Source of the DNA: Myxococcota bacterium
Lineage (GTDB): Bacteria; Myxococcota_A; SURF-8
Reading direction: 5' to 3'
Assembly (NCBI GenBank): GCA_965140415.1
Contig: OZ223209.1
Span: 3,968,001-4,032,000 of the forward strand
DNA length: 64,000 nt
The notes under the pieces were generated by a model. The model was not told the origin of the DNA, searched no databases, and was given only the letters and a program-made list of their open reading frames with translations. Of the stretch, positions 1 to 8,867 are shown piece by piece. A program made the position numbers and the translations under genes. Position 1 is the stretch's first letter; each line of letters starts with the position of its first letter.

Positions 1-151
1 GTCTACTGGCTACCCCGCCATCCCTTCAAAGAAACGGCTGAAATCCCGCAAAGCCGAGCAGCCAGACGTCGCAAGAGTAGCAAACAGGTAAAATTGAAAT
101 CGAAAAACAAGCATTAAGGTCTTCGGTCCGGTAGCGAGGAGAAAAACGACC

Positions 152-883
152 ATGGCCTCCCCGAAATTGCATCTGGTGAAAGAAAATGAGTCGCAGGACA
201 CGTATCAGCCGGATGCCTCGGTTTGCTATTTGATCGAACCCGACCCCGAATCGAATTCGGAACAGAGACTCATTTCGAAACTTGGGGGACTCCCCTACTG
301 GCCGGCATCCCACCCGTGGCCCTGCTGCACCGGATGTGGAGAACCCCTAACCTTTATTTTCCAGGTTCGTACAGACGATGTCATGCGCGTTCAATTCGGA
401 CCACCACGGATGATCTGTTTTTTTTACTGCTACAACTGCCATCCCTGGTGGGACGTGGAAGGCAAAGGCTTTCTGCTGACCTATTTGCCATTCAATGCCA
501 ATGAAAAGCTACTCGCAGCCAAGCATAGCCCACTGGATACTGGAGCGGTTCCAGTCCAACAAGCACTCAAATTCATTGAGGAATCGGACTATCCTATTTC
601 GCAAGAACTGGAATCGTTCCCGGAAGATGAAAACCAGAGAGAGCTATTCCGACAATCGTTCCCGAATAGAACAGAAAGCAAAATCGGCGGTTTTCCATCC
701 TGGCTGCAAAAGGCAGACATTCCACGCTGTCCCAAAAGCCATCAACCGATGGAATTCATCGGCCAACTCAATTCCAATCGGAAATGGAATGTGATCTTTC
801 CCGACATGGGACGAGTGTTGTTTTTCAGAAATCCCGAGGCAGATTCATCCCATTCTAATTCCATTGTCATTCAGAGTGAATGA
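152..883 (+). CDS. DUF1963/YwqG-like protein
   Basis: Two internal repeats of SKxGGxPxW...P.C..C..P(L/M).FI.Q (ISKLGGLPYW/WPCCTGCGEPLTFIFQ and SKIGGFPSWLQ/PRCPKSHQPMEFIGQ); AGGAG upstream of the ATG. Confidence 0.7.
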   Translation: MASPKLHLVKENESQDTYQPDASVCYLIEPDPESNSEQRLISKLGGLPYWPASHPWPCCTGCGEPLTFIFQVRTDDVMRVQFGPPRMICFFYCYNCHPWWDVEGKGFLLTYLPFNANEKLLAAKHSPLDTGAVPVQQALKFIEESDYPISQELESFPEDENQRELFRQSFPNRTESKIGGFPSWLQKADIPRCPKSHQPMEFIGQLNSNRKWNVIFPDMGRVLFFRNPEADSSHSNSIVIQSE

Positions 884-967
884 AACCACCTCCGTGAAAA
901 GTCTTTGCCGCATCTTGAATCATCTGCTATTTTCAAGTTATGTATGCATTGTGAAGAGGAAAACAGT

Positions 968-1456
968 ATGAACGTGCTCGAATTGAAACCGGAAGCAGAT
1001 TGGCGAAACGCTTTAACGGAACTCGCGAATGAGATGCGAATGGCCGTTTCCTTGGTCGATCCAGAAGGCAAACCGCTATTCACGGTTGGAAACCTGAATC
1101 CGTTATGTTCGCATATCCGTCACAAGGAAAGCGATCGGGATGCCATTTGCGGTGAAACCTCACGCGATATGACCCAACTGCTTCACCAGACCGGCGAAGC
1201 GGTAACCAGTACCTGTAGGGGTGGTTTGTTGCGCGTTTCCGTTCCGATCTTCGTAGACAAGAAACTCATTGGACAGGTGGCAGCCTGCGGCATCTCCGTA
1301 CAGGGAAAGCCGTTTGAATCATCCGCTCTTTCCAAACAGCTTGGTTTGACTGATTCCGAAATCGATTCGTTGATGCAGGGTGTAGAGACTCGCAGCGAAA
1401 CGACCGGAGCCGTTTTGGCCGAGCGCATTACGGAAGCGCTGCAACTGATCCATTAA
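968..1456 (+). CDS. Stand-alone PocR sensory-domain protein
   Basis: PocR-type Cys pattern (NPLCSHIR...AIC...TCRGGL...VPIFVDKKLIGQVAACG); GAGGA RBS before ATG 968. Confidence 0.7.
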   Translation: MNVLELKPEADWRNALTELANEMRMAVSLVDPEGKPLFTVGNLNPLCSHIRHKESDRDAICGETSRDMTQLLHQTGEAVTSTCRGGLLRVSVPIFVDKKLIGQVAACGISVQGKPFESSALSKQLGLTDSEIDSLMQGVETRSETTGAVLAERITEALQLIH

Positions 1457-1541
1457 GGCAAGTTACTTGTAACAGCGAAGAGTAGTTAACTTCGCATTAC
1501 AGGTACAAACGGTTGGCAATCTGTCTGATTTGTATGATTGA

Positions 1542-2345
1542 CTACATTGTAAAATTACGTACGCGATCCGTTACATCCACTCGTCTTCCCAGAACGCCTC
1601 TAATATGACCGTTCGTTTTTAACGGGGCCACCATAATGTGCACAACACGTCCTTTGGATTTTACGTCTTGAGCAATGGTTTCACCGCTTAATCCCTTCGT
1701 CAAGAAATCGAGTAATAACAGTCTCTGTTCTTCATCCAGGCTGTCAATTTCATCGATGGATTTCCCGATGGCGTCTCCCCAGTTTCGGCGACTATCGGAA
1801 TTCTGAAGAAACACTTTAAGATCCAGATCCATCGCCCAGAATTCATGCGGAAGACTATCCAGTAAGCCGTGTAAGAGCGATTCCCGTTCTTTAAGTGATA
1901 CCGTTCGCTCTCGTATCATCTGCTCAAGCCGCTGCTGGTATCGCAGATTTTCTTCCGACAAGCGCTTGTTTTCGTCTCTCAAGGTTTTGACTTTGGCTGC
2001 GTGAGCGACGACCTGGCACATATGTTCCCCGGAAACCGGCTTGCTTAAATAATCGTAAACCCGCCCCCGCATGGCCTCAATCGCGGTGGAAACCGTCGGT
2101 TCCCCTGAAATTAAAATGATTTCAATTTCTTCTGACCGCTCGCGAACCGCCCGGACAAGGTCCATCCCGGTCATTCTAGGTAGAATCACATCGGCTACAA
2201 CCACATCGATCGGTTGTTGATCCAACAGTTGAACTGCCTCTTCTGCGGATCCGGCGGCGCTCACCACATGACCTTCATCTTCCAGAAATTCTTTAAATGT
2301 AATCCGAATTCCTCGTTCGTCATCTACAATCAAGACCCGCGCCAT
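1542..2345 (-). CDS. Response regulator (REC + coiled coil + PAS), no output domain
   Basis: VLIVDDE, phospho-Asp in VVADVILP, YDYLSKP; the C-terminal PAS/PAC ends at RVDVTDR. Confidence 0.85.
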   Translation of the reverse strand: MARVLIVDDERGIRITFKEFLEDEGHVVSAAGSAEEAVQLLDQQPIDVVVADVILPRMTGMDLVRAVRERSEEIEIILISGEPTVSTAIEAMRGRVYDYLSKPVSGEHMCQVVAHAAKVKTLRDENKRLSEENLRYQQRLEQMIRERTVSLKERESLLHGLLDSLPHEFWAMDLDLKVFLQNSDSRRNWGDAIGKSIDEIDSLDEEQRLLLLDFLTKGLSGETIAQDVKSKGRVVHIMVAPLKTNGHIRGVLGRRVDVTDRVRNFTM

Positions 2346-2566
2346 TCATTCACCTATCATGTATTAACAATGCCGGAACTTCTTTAATTAACTAGGATAT
2401 ATCATTTCCACACACCCTCACAATCTGGCATAATTACAGAATACCGAGGGAAAGTCGAGGATAAAAGACCACTACTTGCTCTGTTCATTCCCGATCCCCT
2501 CTGTTTTTTTCATCTAGACGATATGAGAAAGAAGGATTCTACACTTGTTCAATACAAGTTTGGATG

Positions 2567-3322
2567 TTATGGCGTCCACGCACACCGGCCGCAAAACAGA
2601 AAATACTCCTGGTTTCCCTTTGGTCCTTTTATCGGCGCTTTCGCGGCAGGTTCGCAACAAAAACCTCTTTCCGTAACGAAATCGGAAATCCCCTGAACGG
2701 CACTTAATTGCAGGCTCTCCTCTCGCACGACGCCACCTTTACCAACATGCTCCTTGCCGACTTCGAATTGAGGTTTGACCATCGCCAATAAGCGCGCACC
2801 TTCGTTCATAAACGGCACCAGATACGGAATCACTCCCTGCAAGGAAATAAAAGAAACATCCACAACGATCAGGTCGATGTGCTCCTCCGAAATCGTCTCT
2901 CGTGTCAGCTTTTTCACGTGGAACCCTTCGCGGCAAATCACACGCTCATCGTTTCGTAAGGACCAGGCCAATTGATTCGTTCCGACGTCAATGGTGTATA
3001 CCCGCCTAGCTCCACGTTGCAGCAAACAATCGGTGAATCCTCCCGTAGAAGCTCCAATATCCAAACAACACCACCCGGAAGGATCGATATGATAATGGTC
3101 CAGCGCTCCGGCAAGCTTCAACCCGCCTCGCGACACGAAGGGACAGTTATCTCCTTTCAATCGGATCTGCGCATCTTCCGGTACAGGGGTTCCCGCCTTG
3201 GTTTCGGCATGCTCACCCACCACGACCAATCCGGCCAGAATCAGCGCTTTCGCACGTTCCCGACTGGGAGCCAGCCCTTGTTCTACCAACAAAACATCCA
3301 AGCGTTTCTTAGCCGTTTTCAT
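2567..3322 (-). CDS. tlyA: TlyA family rRNA (cytidine-2'-O)-methyltransferase
   Basis: S4 domain KKRLDVLLVEQGL; FVSRGGLKL; LDIGASTGGFTDCLLQRGA; DVSFISL; VKPQFE; GPKGNQEY. Confidence 0.95.
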   Translation of the reverse strand: MKTAKKRLDVLLVEQGLAPSRERAKALILAGLVVVGEHAETKAGTPVPEDAQIRLKGDNCPFVSRGGLKLAGALDHYHIDPSGWCCLDIGASTGGFTDCLLQRGARRVYTIDVGTNQLAWSLRNDERVICREGFHVKKLTRETISEEHIDLIVVDVSFISLQGVIPYLVPFMNEGARLLAMVKPQFEVGKEHVGKGGVVREESLQLSAVQGISDFVTERGFCCEPAAKAPIKGPKGNQEYFLFCGRCAWTP

Positions 3323-3511
3323 GATTTCCTAAGCGAATCCGTGAACAGTTGTAAGCAATAATCACGAGAAAAGCGAAATAAAAGCATCCTGTTCACAGAC
3401 TTTGTAGTAAAGATGTGATTCCGACGTTCCAGGACCAATCTAAAAATTCAGAGAAGCCCATTTGTTTGAAACCTATGGTTTTATCCAGGCAATCGAACGA
3501 AGGCGGCGCTT

Positions 3512-3745
3512 TTACTCCTCATCAGCTTCCAATTCAAAGGGAATGCTTTCCTCTCCACCCAGTTCTTTCATGATCAATTCCACTTTGCGTTCCATTTCCT
3601 GTAACCGTGTCGCTCCCTCTTTGGCGAGATCGACACCGGAACGAAACGCTTCCAGCGATTTTTCCAGGCTCAGATCGCCGTCTTCCAGTTGATCCACGAC
3701 TTTTCCAAGTCGCTCAAGAATCTGTTCGAAAGATGCCTTTGCCAT
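3512..3745 (-). CDS. xseB: Exodeoxyribonuclease VII small subunit
   Basis: SFEQILERLGKVVDQLEDGDLSLEKSLEAFRSGV signature, 77 aa. Confidence 0.92.
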   Translation of the reverse strand: MAKASFEQILERLGKVVDQLEDGDLSLEKSLEAFRSGVDLAKEGATRLQEMERKVELIMKELGGEESIPFELEADEE

Positions 3746-3763
3746 ATCCGATCCTTTCCAAAC

Positions 3764-4936
3764 TCAGGTGGGATCGCCCGGATAGATCGGGGAGATCTGC
3801 CGCAAACGCTTTACGATCGGTGGGAGTGTCTCCAGCACATAATCCACATCCTGCTCCGTGCTGAAGCGCCCCAGAGAAAAACGCAGAGAGGCGCGAGCCA
3901 ATTCTGCCTTCATACCCAGCGCAGAAAGAACATGGCTCGGCTCGGTGGAACCGGAAGCGCAGGCGCTACCGGAACTAACGGCAATACCCGTCATATCCAA
4001 AGAAAGCAACAGTGCTTCGCCTTCTACGTATTCGAATGACAGGTTCGACGTGTTGCACACACGCCCTGAAACCGCACCATTCAAGTGGACGTAAGGAACC
4101 TGTTGCATGATTCCCTCTTCCAGCTTTTTTCTCAGCGCATCGATGCGCTCGGCATCCTGTTGCAGGTCTTCCTTGATGATGCGGCAGGCTTCCCCCAGCG
4201 CAATGATTCCCAACACGTTTTCCGTTCCTGCACGTAAACCGAATTCCTGATGACCACCATGCAAAAGATTTTGAATGCGGATTCCCGGTCGCACGTACTG
4301 CCCACCGATTCCCTTGGGAGCATAGATCTTGTGACCGGCGAAACTGAGAATGTCCACATCCAGTTCCTGTACATCGACCGGAATCTTTCCCAATCCCTGC
4401 ACGGCGTCGGTATGAGTGAGAATCCCCTTTTCGCGACAAAGCGCGGCGATTTCCTTAACGGGAAAAATCACACCCGTTTCATTGTTCGCCAACATAACCG
4501 AAACCAGCACGGTCTCGTCCGTAATCGCCTCGGCAACCTGCTCCACTCGCAATTGCCCGTTACCGTCAACAGGCAAATAGGTAACTTTCGCCCCTTCCTG
4601 TTTTTCCAGCCAGTCACAGGTACCTAAAACCGCAGGATGTTCCACGGCGGTCGTAATGATGTGGTTTCCTTTTTCGCGATTGGCAAAAAAGGCACCTTTA
4701 ATCGCGTGATTGTCGCCCTCCGAACCTCCGGCGGTAAACAGGATGTTGTCGGGGTCTGTATTGATAGTAGCAGCGATATTTTCACGCGCTTCCGTTATGG
4801 CCTGTCGAGCCATACGTCCATAAGCATGAAAAGAAGAGGGATTACCGAAACTATCTTTTTTCAGGTAGGGAATGGCGCGTTCCGCTACGCGAGGGTCAAC
4901 GGGTGTCGTCGCGTTATAATCCATGTAAACCTGCAT
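3764..4936 (-). CDS. nifS: Cysteine desulfurase (NifS/IscS type)
   Basis: YMDYNATTP, GNPSS, HTDAVQ, PLP-Lys motif FAGHKIYAPKG, catalytic SSGSAC; start chosen from GGAG RBS spacing. Confidence 0.93.
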   Translation of the reverse strand: MQVYMDYNATTPVDPRVAERAIPYLKKDSFGNPSSFHAYGRMARQAITEARENIAATINTDPDNILFTAGGSEGDNHAIKGAFFANREKGNHIITTAVEHPAVLGTCDWLEKQEGAKVTYLPVDGNGQLRVEQVAEAITDETVLVSVMLANNETGVIFPVKEIAALCREKGILTHTDAVQGLGKIPVDVQELDVDILSFAGHKIYAPKGIGGQYVRPGIRIQNLLHGGHQEFGLRAGTENVLGIIALGEACRIIKEDLQQDAERIDALRKKLEEGIMQQVPYVHLNGAVSGRVCNTSNLSFEYVEGEALLLSLDMTGIAVSSGSACASGSTEPSHVLSALGMKAELARASLRFSLGRFSTEQDVDYVLETLPPIVKRLRQISPIYPGDPT

Positions 4937-5071
4937 ACCCATTTCTCCTGGTCCATACTGAGCGTGGGATTTCACACTCAGATTCAACGATTGATAAGCA
5001 TTCGATCCAATTGGCAATGTAACAGAAAAGACCGACGGGAACAATGGCGCTTTAGATACGCTCTCGAGATG

Positions 5072-5911
5072 TCAGAGCTTCTTAATAGCTGCCCTAGCCT
5101 TTTTGGCCGAACCGGTTTTGGGGAAGCGATCGATACATTCTTCATAGAACAGCTTTGCGTCGTCCTTCATGCCAAGCGACCGGAAACATTCACCAAGCAT
5201 ATACAAAGCATCATCTACCGCATCGCCTTTCGGATATTTATCCGCCACTTTCTGAAATTCCATCACGGCCTGATGATAATTCTTTTCCTGGTAATAACTT
5301 TCCCCGATCCAATACTGGGCGTTATCGGCCAGTTTGTCATCCCCATGCTTTTTCAGAAAAATCGCCATCAAGCGACGTGATTCAACCGTATTCTTCTGCT
5401 TGACGATCAATGCCTTCGCTTTGTCGTACAACCCTTTCGGGTCGTCGTCAGGCACCGCTTCGATCGGCGTTTCTATGATCTGCTGAGTCTGCTGTTTCTT
5501 TTGATCGGGAGAAGCTACTCCCAGCTTGGCTTCCAATACGAGCACCCGTTTTTCCAGATCCGCCACTTGCTTTTGTAGTTTCATATCCAGTTGATCGAGA
5601 TTGAAACCGTTCTTTTCGATCATTCCATTCAGCATTTTAAGGTCGCGTTGAATACGACTGAGCTCCAAGTGGTCACTGGCGGTCGTCAGTCTATTGTTGT
5701 GCATCGTCTTATCCAGATCCTTACGGACGGTAGACATCTGCTCGTCGTTCTTTTCGACGTAACCGTTCAAATTCTGCTGCACACTCTCCAACTCGGTTTT
5801 CAACGCGATGATATCCTGCTTCATCACGTCGCCATCCTTATTGGTTACACAGGCCGAGAGCAATAACAGGCAGAATCCAATAACCAAAACGTAAGACGCA
5901 ACTCGTTTCAT
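5072..5911 (-). CDS. cpoB: Tol-Pal system protein CpoB/YbgF (lipoprotein, coiled coil + TPR)
   Basis: Lipobox LSAC; LADNAQYWIGESYY and YPKGDAVDDALY TPR motifs; directly downstream of pal. Confidence 0.88.
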   Translation of the reverse strand: MKRVASYVLVIGFCLLLLSACVTNKDGDVMKQDIIALKTELESVQQNLNGYVEKNDEQMSTVRKDLDKTMHNNRLTTASDHLELSRIQRDLKMLNGMIEKNGFNLDQLDMKLQKQVADLEKRVLVLEAKLGVASPDQKKQQTQQIIETPIEAVPDDDPKGLYDKAKALIVKQKNTVESRRLMAIFLKKHGDDKLADNAQYWIGESYYQEKNYHQAVMEFQKVADKYPKGDAVDDALYMLGECFRSLGMKDDAKLFYEECIDRFPKTGSAKKARAAIKKL

Positions 5912-5932
5912 GGCTTCCTCAACTCGGTCCAT

Positions 5933-5977
5933 AAAAAAACGGACGCCCCTTTCCTGTTCTGAAAAAGGGGCCATCCG
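5933..5977 (-). terminator. Intrinsic terminator between pal and cpoB
   Basis: Minus-strand hairpin GGATGGCCCCTTT...AAAGGGGCGTCC followed by a T7 run. Confidence 0.7.
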
Positions 5978-6004
5978 ACAGTTTCACGTTATACCGAAGA
6001 ATAA

Positions 6005-6667
6005 TTAGCGCGACAGCGTTTCCGCACGACGGTTCTTCGCCCAAGCATCTTCGTTGCTTGCCGAATCAACCGGACGTTCCTCACCGTAGCTGATGACCTT
6101 GATCTTGCTGCGCTCCACGCCCATGTCGCTCAAGTAGTTGCGAACCGACTCGGCGCGCTTCTGTCCCAGCGACAGGTTGTATTCCAACGAACCACGCTCA
6201 TCGCAATGACCTTCGATGGTGATCGCTGCAAAGCCACGCTTTTTAATGCACTCGGCGTTGTCACGCAACTGACGCTGCGCGTCCGAAGTCAGGTAGTATT
6301 CGTCGAAATCGAAATTCACGGTTTGCAGTTCGCAACGCGGTTCGGTGCAACGATTGTTTTCACAGATCTCATTGCTACCGCAATCGGCGTTACTCTGGCA
6401 CTCGTATTTACACTTGTTGTTGACGCAAATCTTGTTGTTGGAGCAATCCTCATTGGAAGTGCACTCGGGTGGAGGAGGCGGCGGAGCTTTGCGAATACAG
6501 CGACCACCTTCGCACTCGCGACCGGCAGGGCAATCTGCGCTCGTTTCGCACTCCGGCTTCGGAGGAGGCGGCTCCTTGGTGCAGGACAACGGCAGCATGG
6601 ACACCAGCAGCAACGCGGCGGCTCCCATCAAAAGGAAAAGAGAACCGTTCCGATTCGCTTTCTTCAT
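6005..6667 (-). CDS. pal: Peptidoglycan-associated lipoprotein (Pal/OmpA C-domain) with three Cys-rich repeats
   Basis: Lipobox PLSC; NFDFD, IEGHCDERGSLEYNLSLGQKRA, SYGEERP, NRRAE; three C-x4-DC-x5-C-x4-C repeats and poly-Pro linkers. Confidence 0.9.
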   Translation of the reverse strand: MKKANRNGSLFLLMGAAALLLVSMLPLSCTKEPPPPKPECETSADCPAGRECEGGRCIRKAPPPPPPECTSNEDCSNNKICVNNKCKYECQSNADCGSNEICENNRCTEPRCELQTVNFDFDEYYLTSDAQRQLRDNAECIKKRGFAAITIEGHCDERGSLEYNLSLGQKRAESVRNYLSDMGVERSKIKVISYGEERPVDSASNEDAWAKNRRAETLSR

Positions 6668-6829
6668 CTGTTCCTCCTCTTTCTCGCTTCTGCAAAAATC
6701 GTTTGATATGCTGGGTATTCACAAAGGCTTATAGACCTTTTGCTTATTGGGTTGCCCGCAGCCTCACACATCCCAGCGGACCTTGCTTTTTCCCGCATGA
6801 AACTTCTCTAGTTCCTAGTGGTTAGGCGT

Positions 6830-6858
6830 ATACTAACAGTCTGAATCCTCGTTGTCAA
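6830..6858 (-). promoter_or_regulatory. sigma70-type promoter for pal-cpoB
   Basis: TTGACA-N17-TAGTAT with a TG extension on the minus strand. Confidence 0.6.
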
Positions 6859-7111
6859 CGAGAACCATCAGACCCTAACCTCCCTAGCTTAAAGAACATT
6901 CCACTTCTCGAACCCTTTTATCCTTTGCACCATTTCCTGTCAAGAGGAAAACGCTTGAGAAAGAGGATAAATACACTCGATGTATCTTTCTTCACCGTTC
7001 TATTTCCCATTTGAAGATACGCAAAAGCAATCTCCTGCCAAAATTTCCATTTTTTAAAAAAAAGAAGAAACATATCCTGTCGTTTATAGGTTCAATCGAA
7101 GCTTTTTTCTC

Positions 7112-7140
7112 TTGTCACCCGTGAACTGATTCGTTACACT
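7112..7140 (+). promoter_or_regulatory. sigma70-type promoter for the S1-domain gene
   Basis: TTGTCA-N17-TACACT. Confidence 0.5.
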
Positions 7141-7214
7141 CCAGCACGCCTTACGAGCCTTGAGGCTCTTCTGTAAACAGATCGACGAATTTAGCGTCAC
7201 CTAAGGAATTAACG

Positions 7215-8861
7215 ATGACCACGAATGAAAACGACCAGCAATCTTTTGCAGACCTTTTAGATGCCAATCCCGACCTCCCCGGCGACAACCCGATTTATCC
7301 CGGCGATCAAGTGACGGGGCACGTAGTCATGATTTCCGATGAAACGGTATTCATCGACTACGGCGGAAAAGCCGAAGCCTGGGCCAGTCGCGCGGAATTG
7401 ACGGATGAAGAAGGCAATCTGACGGTAGCTGAAGGTGATGAGATCGAGTTGACGCTATTGGAATACGGTCCCAGTGGAGCCCATTTAGGCAAACATTTCC
7501 AACGCGGCTTAGGTCAGGATGGTCTTCGCCAGATCGGACAAGCCTATGAGAGCGGTATTCCCATCGAAGGTCATGTCGCCAAAACCATCAAAGGTGGATT
7601 CGAAGTGACGATCGCCGGCGCACGCGCCTTCTGCCCCATTTCCCAGATCGACATCGAATTCGTGCAGGAAGCGGAACTCTTCGTCGATCAAAGCTACCTG
7701 TTCAAGGTGGTCGAATACGAAGCCGACTCCAAGCATCCGAATGTCGTGGTGTCACGAAGGGAAGTGTTGCAGGAGGAACGAGACAAACAGGCTGAACAAA
7801 CCAGAACGCGGCTGGAAATCGGAGCTGACTTCGAATGCGTGGTTCGTAAACTGATGCCGTACGGCGTGTTTGTCGATATGGGTGGACTAGATGGCTTCAT
7901 CCACATCAGCGAACTGGCAAGACGCCGCGTCAATGCTGCTGAAGAAGTGGTTTCCGTCGGTCAGCATGTCACTGCCCAGGTGATCAAACTGGAAACGGAC
8001 GACCGAGGACGTGAAAGAATCAGCCTGTCCATGCGCGTATTGGAATCGGACCCCTGGGAAGACGGACTGCCCTTCACCGATGGCAGCACTCTGGTGGGAA
8101 AGGTGATGCGCCATACCGATTTCGGAATTTTCGTCGAACTGGTTCCCGGTGTCGAAGGTCTGCTGCATCGCAGCGAAATTTCTTATGACCGTGACTTCGA
8201 TGCCAGCTCGGAATATCCGGAAGGCAGCGAGATCGAACTGAAGGTGCTCTCCATCGATCTGGAAAAACGCCGCATTTCTCTTTCGAAGAAAGCCTTGCAG
8301 ATGCAAGACCTTCCCGAAGCAGAACTTCCCGAAAACGACAGTGATTCTCGAACACGTACTCGAAGCGGCAACGTGATTCGACGTCGTAAGGACCAGACAC
8401 AAGAGGAAGAATCACCAAATCAACCTGAAGTGCAGGCCGCCCCGGAAGTTCCCGAAGCCAGCTTCGACGAAGATATGGATCGTTGGGAACAAGCCATGCA
8501 AAAAGAAGCCCCCAAAGCACCGACACCACGGGTGGGACTGGTAACCCAGGGAATCATTGCCGATCTGATGCCTTACGGCGCGTTTGTCGATCTGCCTGAA
8601 CTGGGCGACCGCATGCGAGGACTGGTTCACAATACCGAACTGGTCGCAACGGAAGGCAATCCGCAGCAGGGCTTGAAAGAAGGTGATCCTTTGGAAGTGG
8701 AGATTATCCGCATCGATGAAAAAGGTCGACTGAGCCTGTCTCACAAAAAGGTGCAGATGCGAAAAGAACGCGAAGAATACTCCAAGTTCATGAACAAGCA
8801 GGGAAAAAGCACCGGCACCAGCATGGCGGATCTGCTGAAGGGAATTAAACTCGATAAATAA
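7215..8861 (+). CDS. Ribosomal protein S1-like multi-S1-domain RNA-binding protein
   Basis: Repeated S1 motifs (YGVFVDMGGLDGFIHISEL, FGIFVELVPGVEGLLHRSEI, YGAFVDL...GLVHNTEL); long acidic/Pro linker before the last S1 domain; probably an rpsA paralogue. Confidence 0.85.
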   Translation: MTTNENDQQSFADLLDANPDLPGDNPIYPGDQVTGHVVMISDETVFIDYGGKAEAWASRAELTDEEGNLTVAEGDEIELTLLEYGPSGAHLGKHFQRGLGQDGLRQIGQAYESGIPIEGHVAKTIKGGFEVTIAGARAFCPISQIDIEFVQEAELFVDQSYLFKVVEYEADSKHPNVVVSRREVLQEERDKQAEQTRTRLEIGADFECVVRKLMPYGVFVDMGGLDGFIHISELARRRVNAAEEVVSVGQHVTAQVIKLETDDRGRERISLSMRVLESDPWEDGLPFTDGSTLVGKVMRHTDFGIFVELVPGVEGLLHRSEISYDRDFDASSEYPEGSEIELKVLSIDLEKRRISLSKKALQMQDLPEAELPENDSDSRTRTRSGNVIRRRKDQTQEEESPNQPEVQAAPEVPEASFDEDMDRWEQAMQKEAPKAPTPRVGLVTQGIIADLMPYGAFVDLPELGDRMRGLVHNTELVATEGNPQQGLKEGDPLEVEIIRIDEKGRLSLSHKKVQMRKEREEYSKFMNKQGKSTGTSMADLLKGIKLDK

Positions 8862-8867
8862 CGAAGT

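Noticed and set aside
1-117. Possible 3' end of an upstream gene (VYWLPRHPF...KNKH*)
   Set aside because: Too short to determine frame or identity
4937-5044. N-terminal extensions in the ORF track (nifS; likewise cpoB, sucC, ruvA, lpxC, tetR, hsp20, the hydrolase)
   Set aside because: Downstream ATGs have better RBS spacing and match family starts
7026-7040. sigma54-like TGGCAGGAGATTGCT on the minus strand upstream of pal
   Set aside because: GG-to-GC spacing is 9 nt, not the required 10
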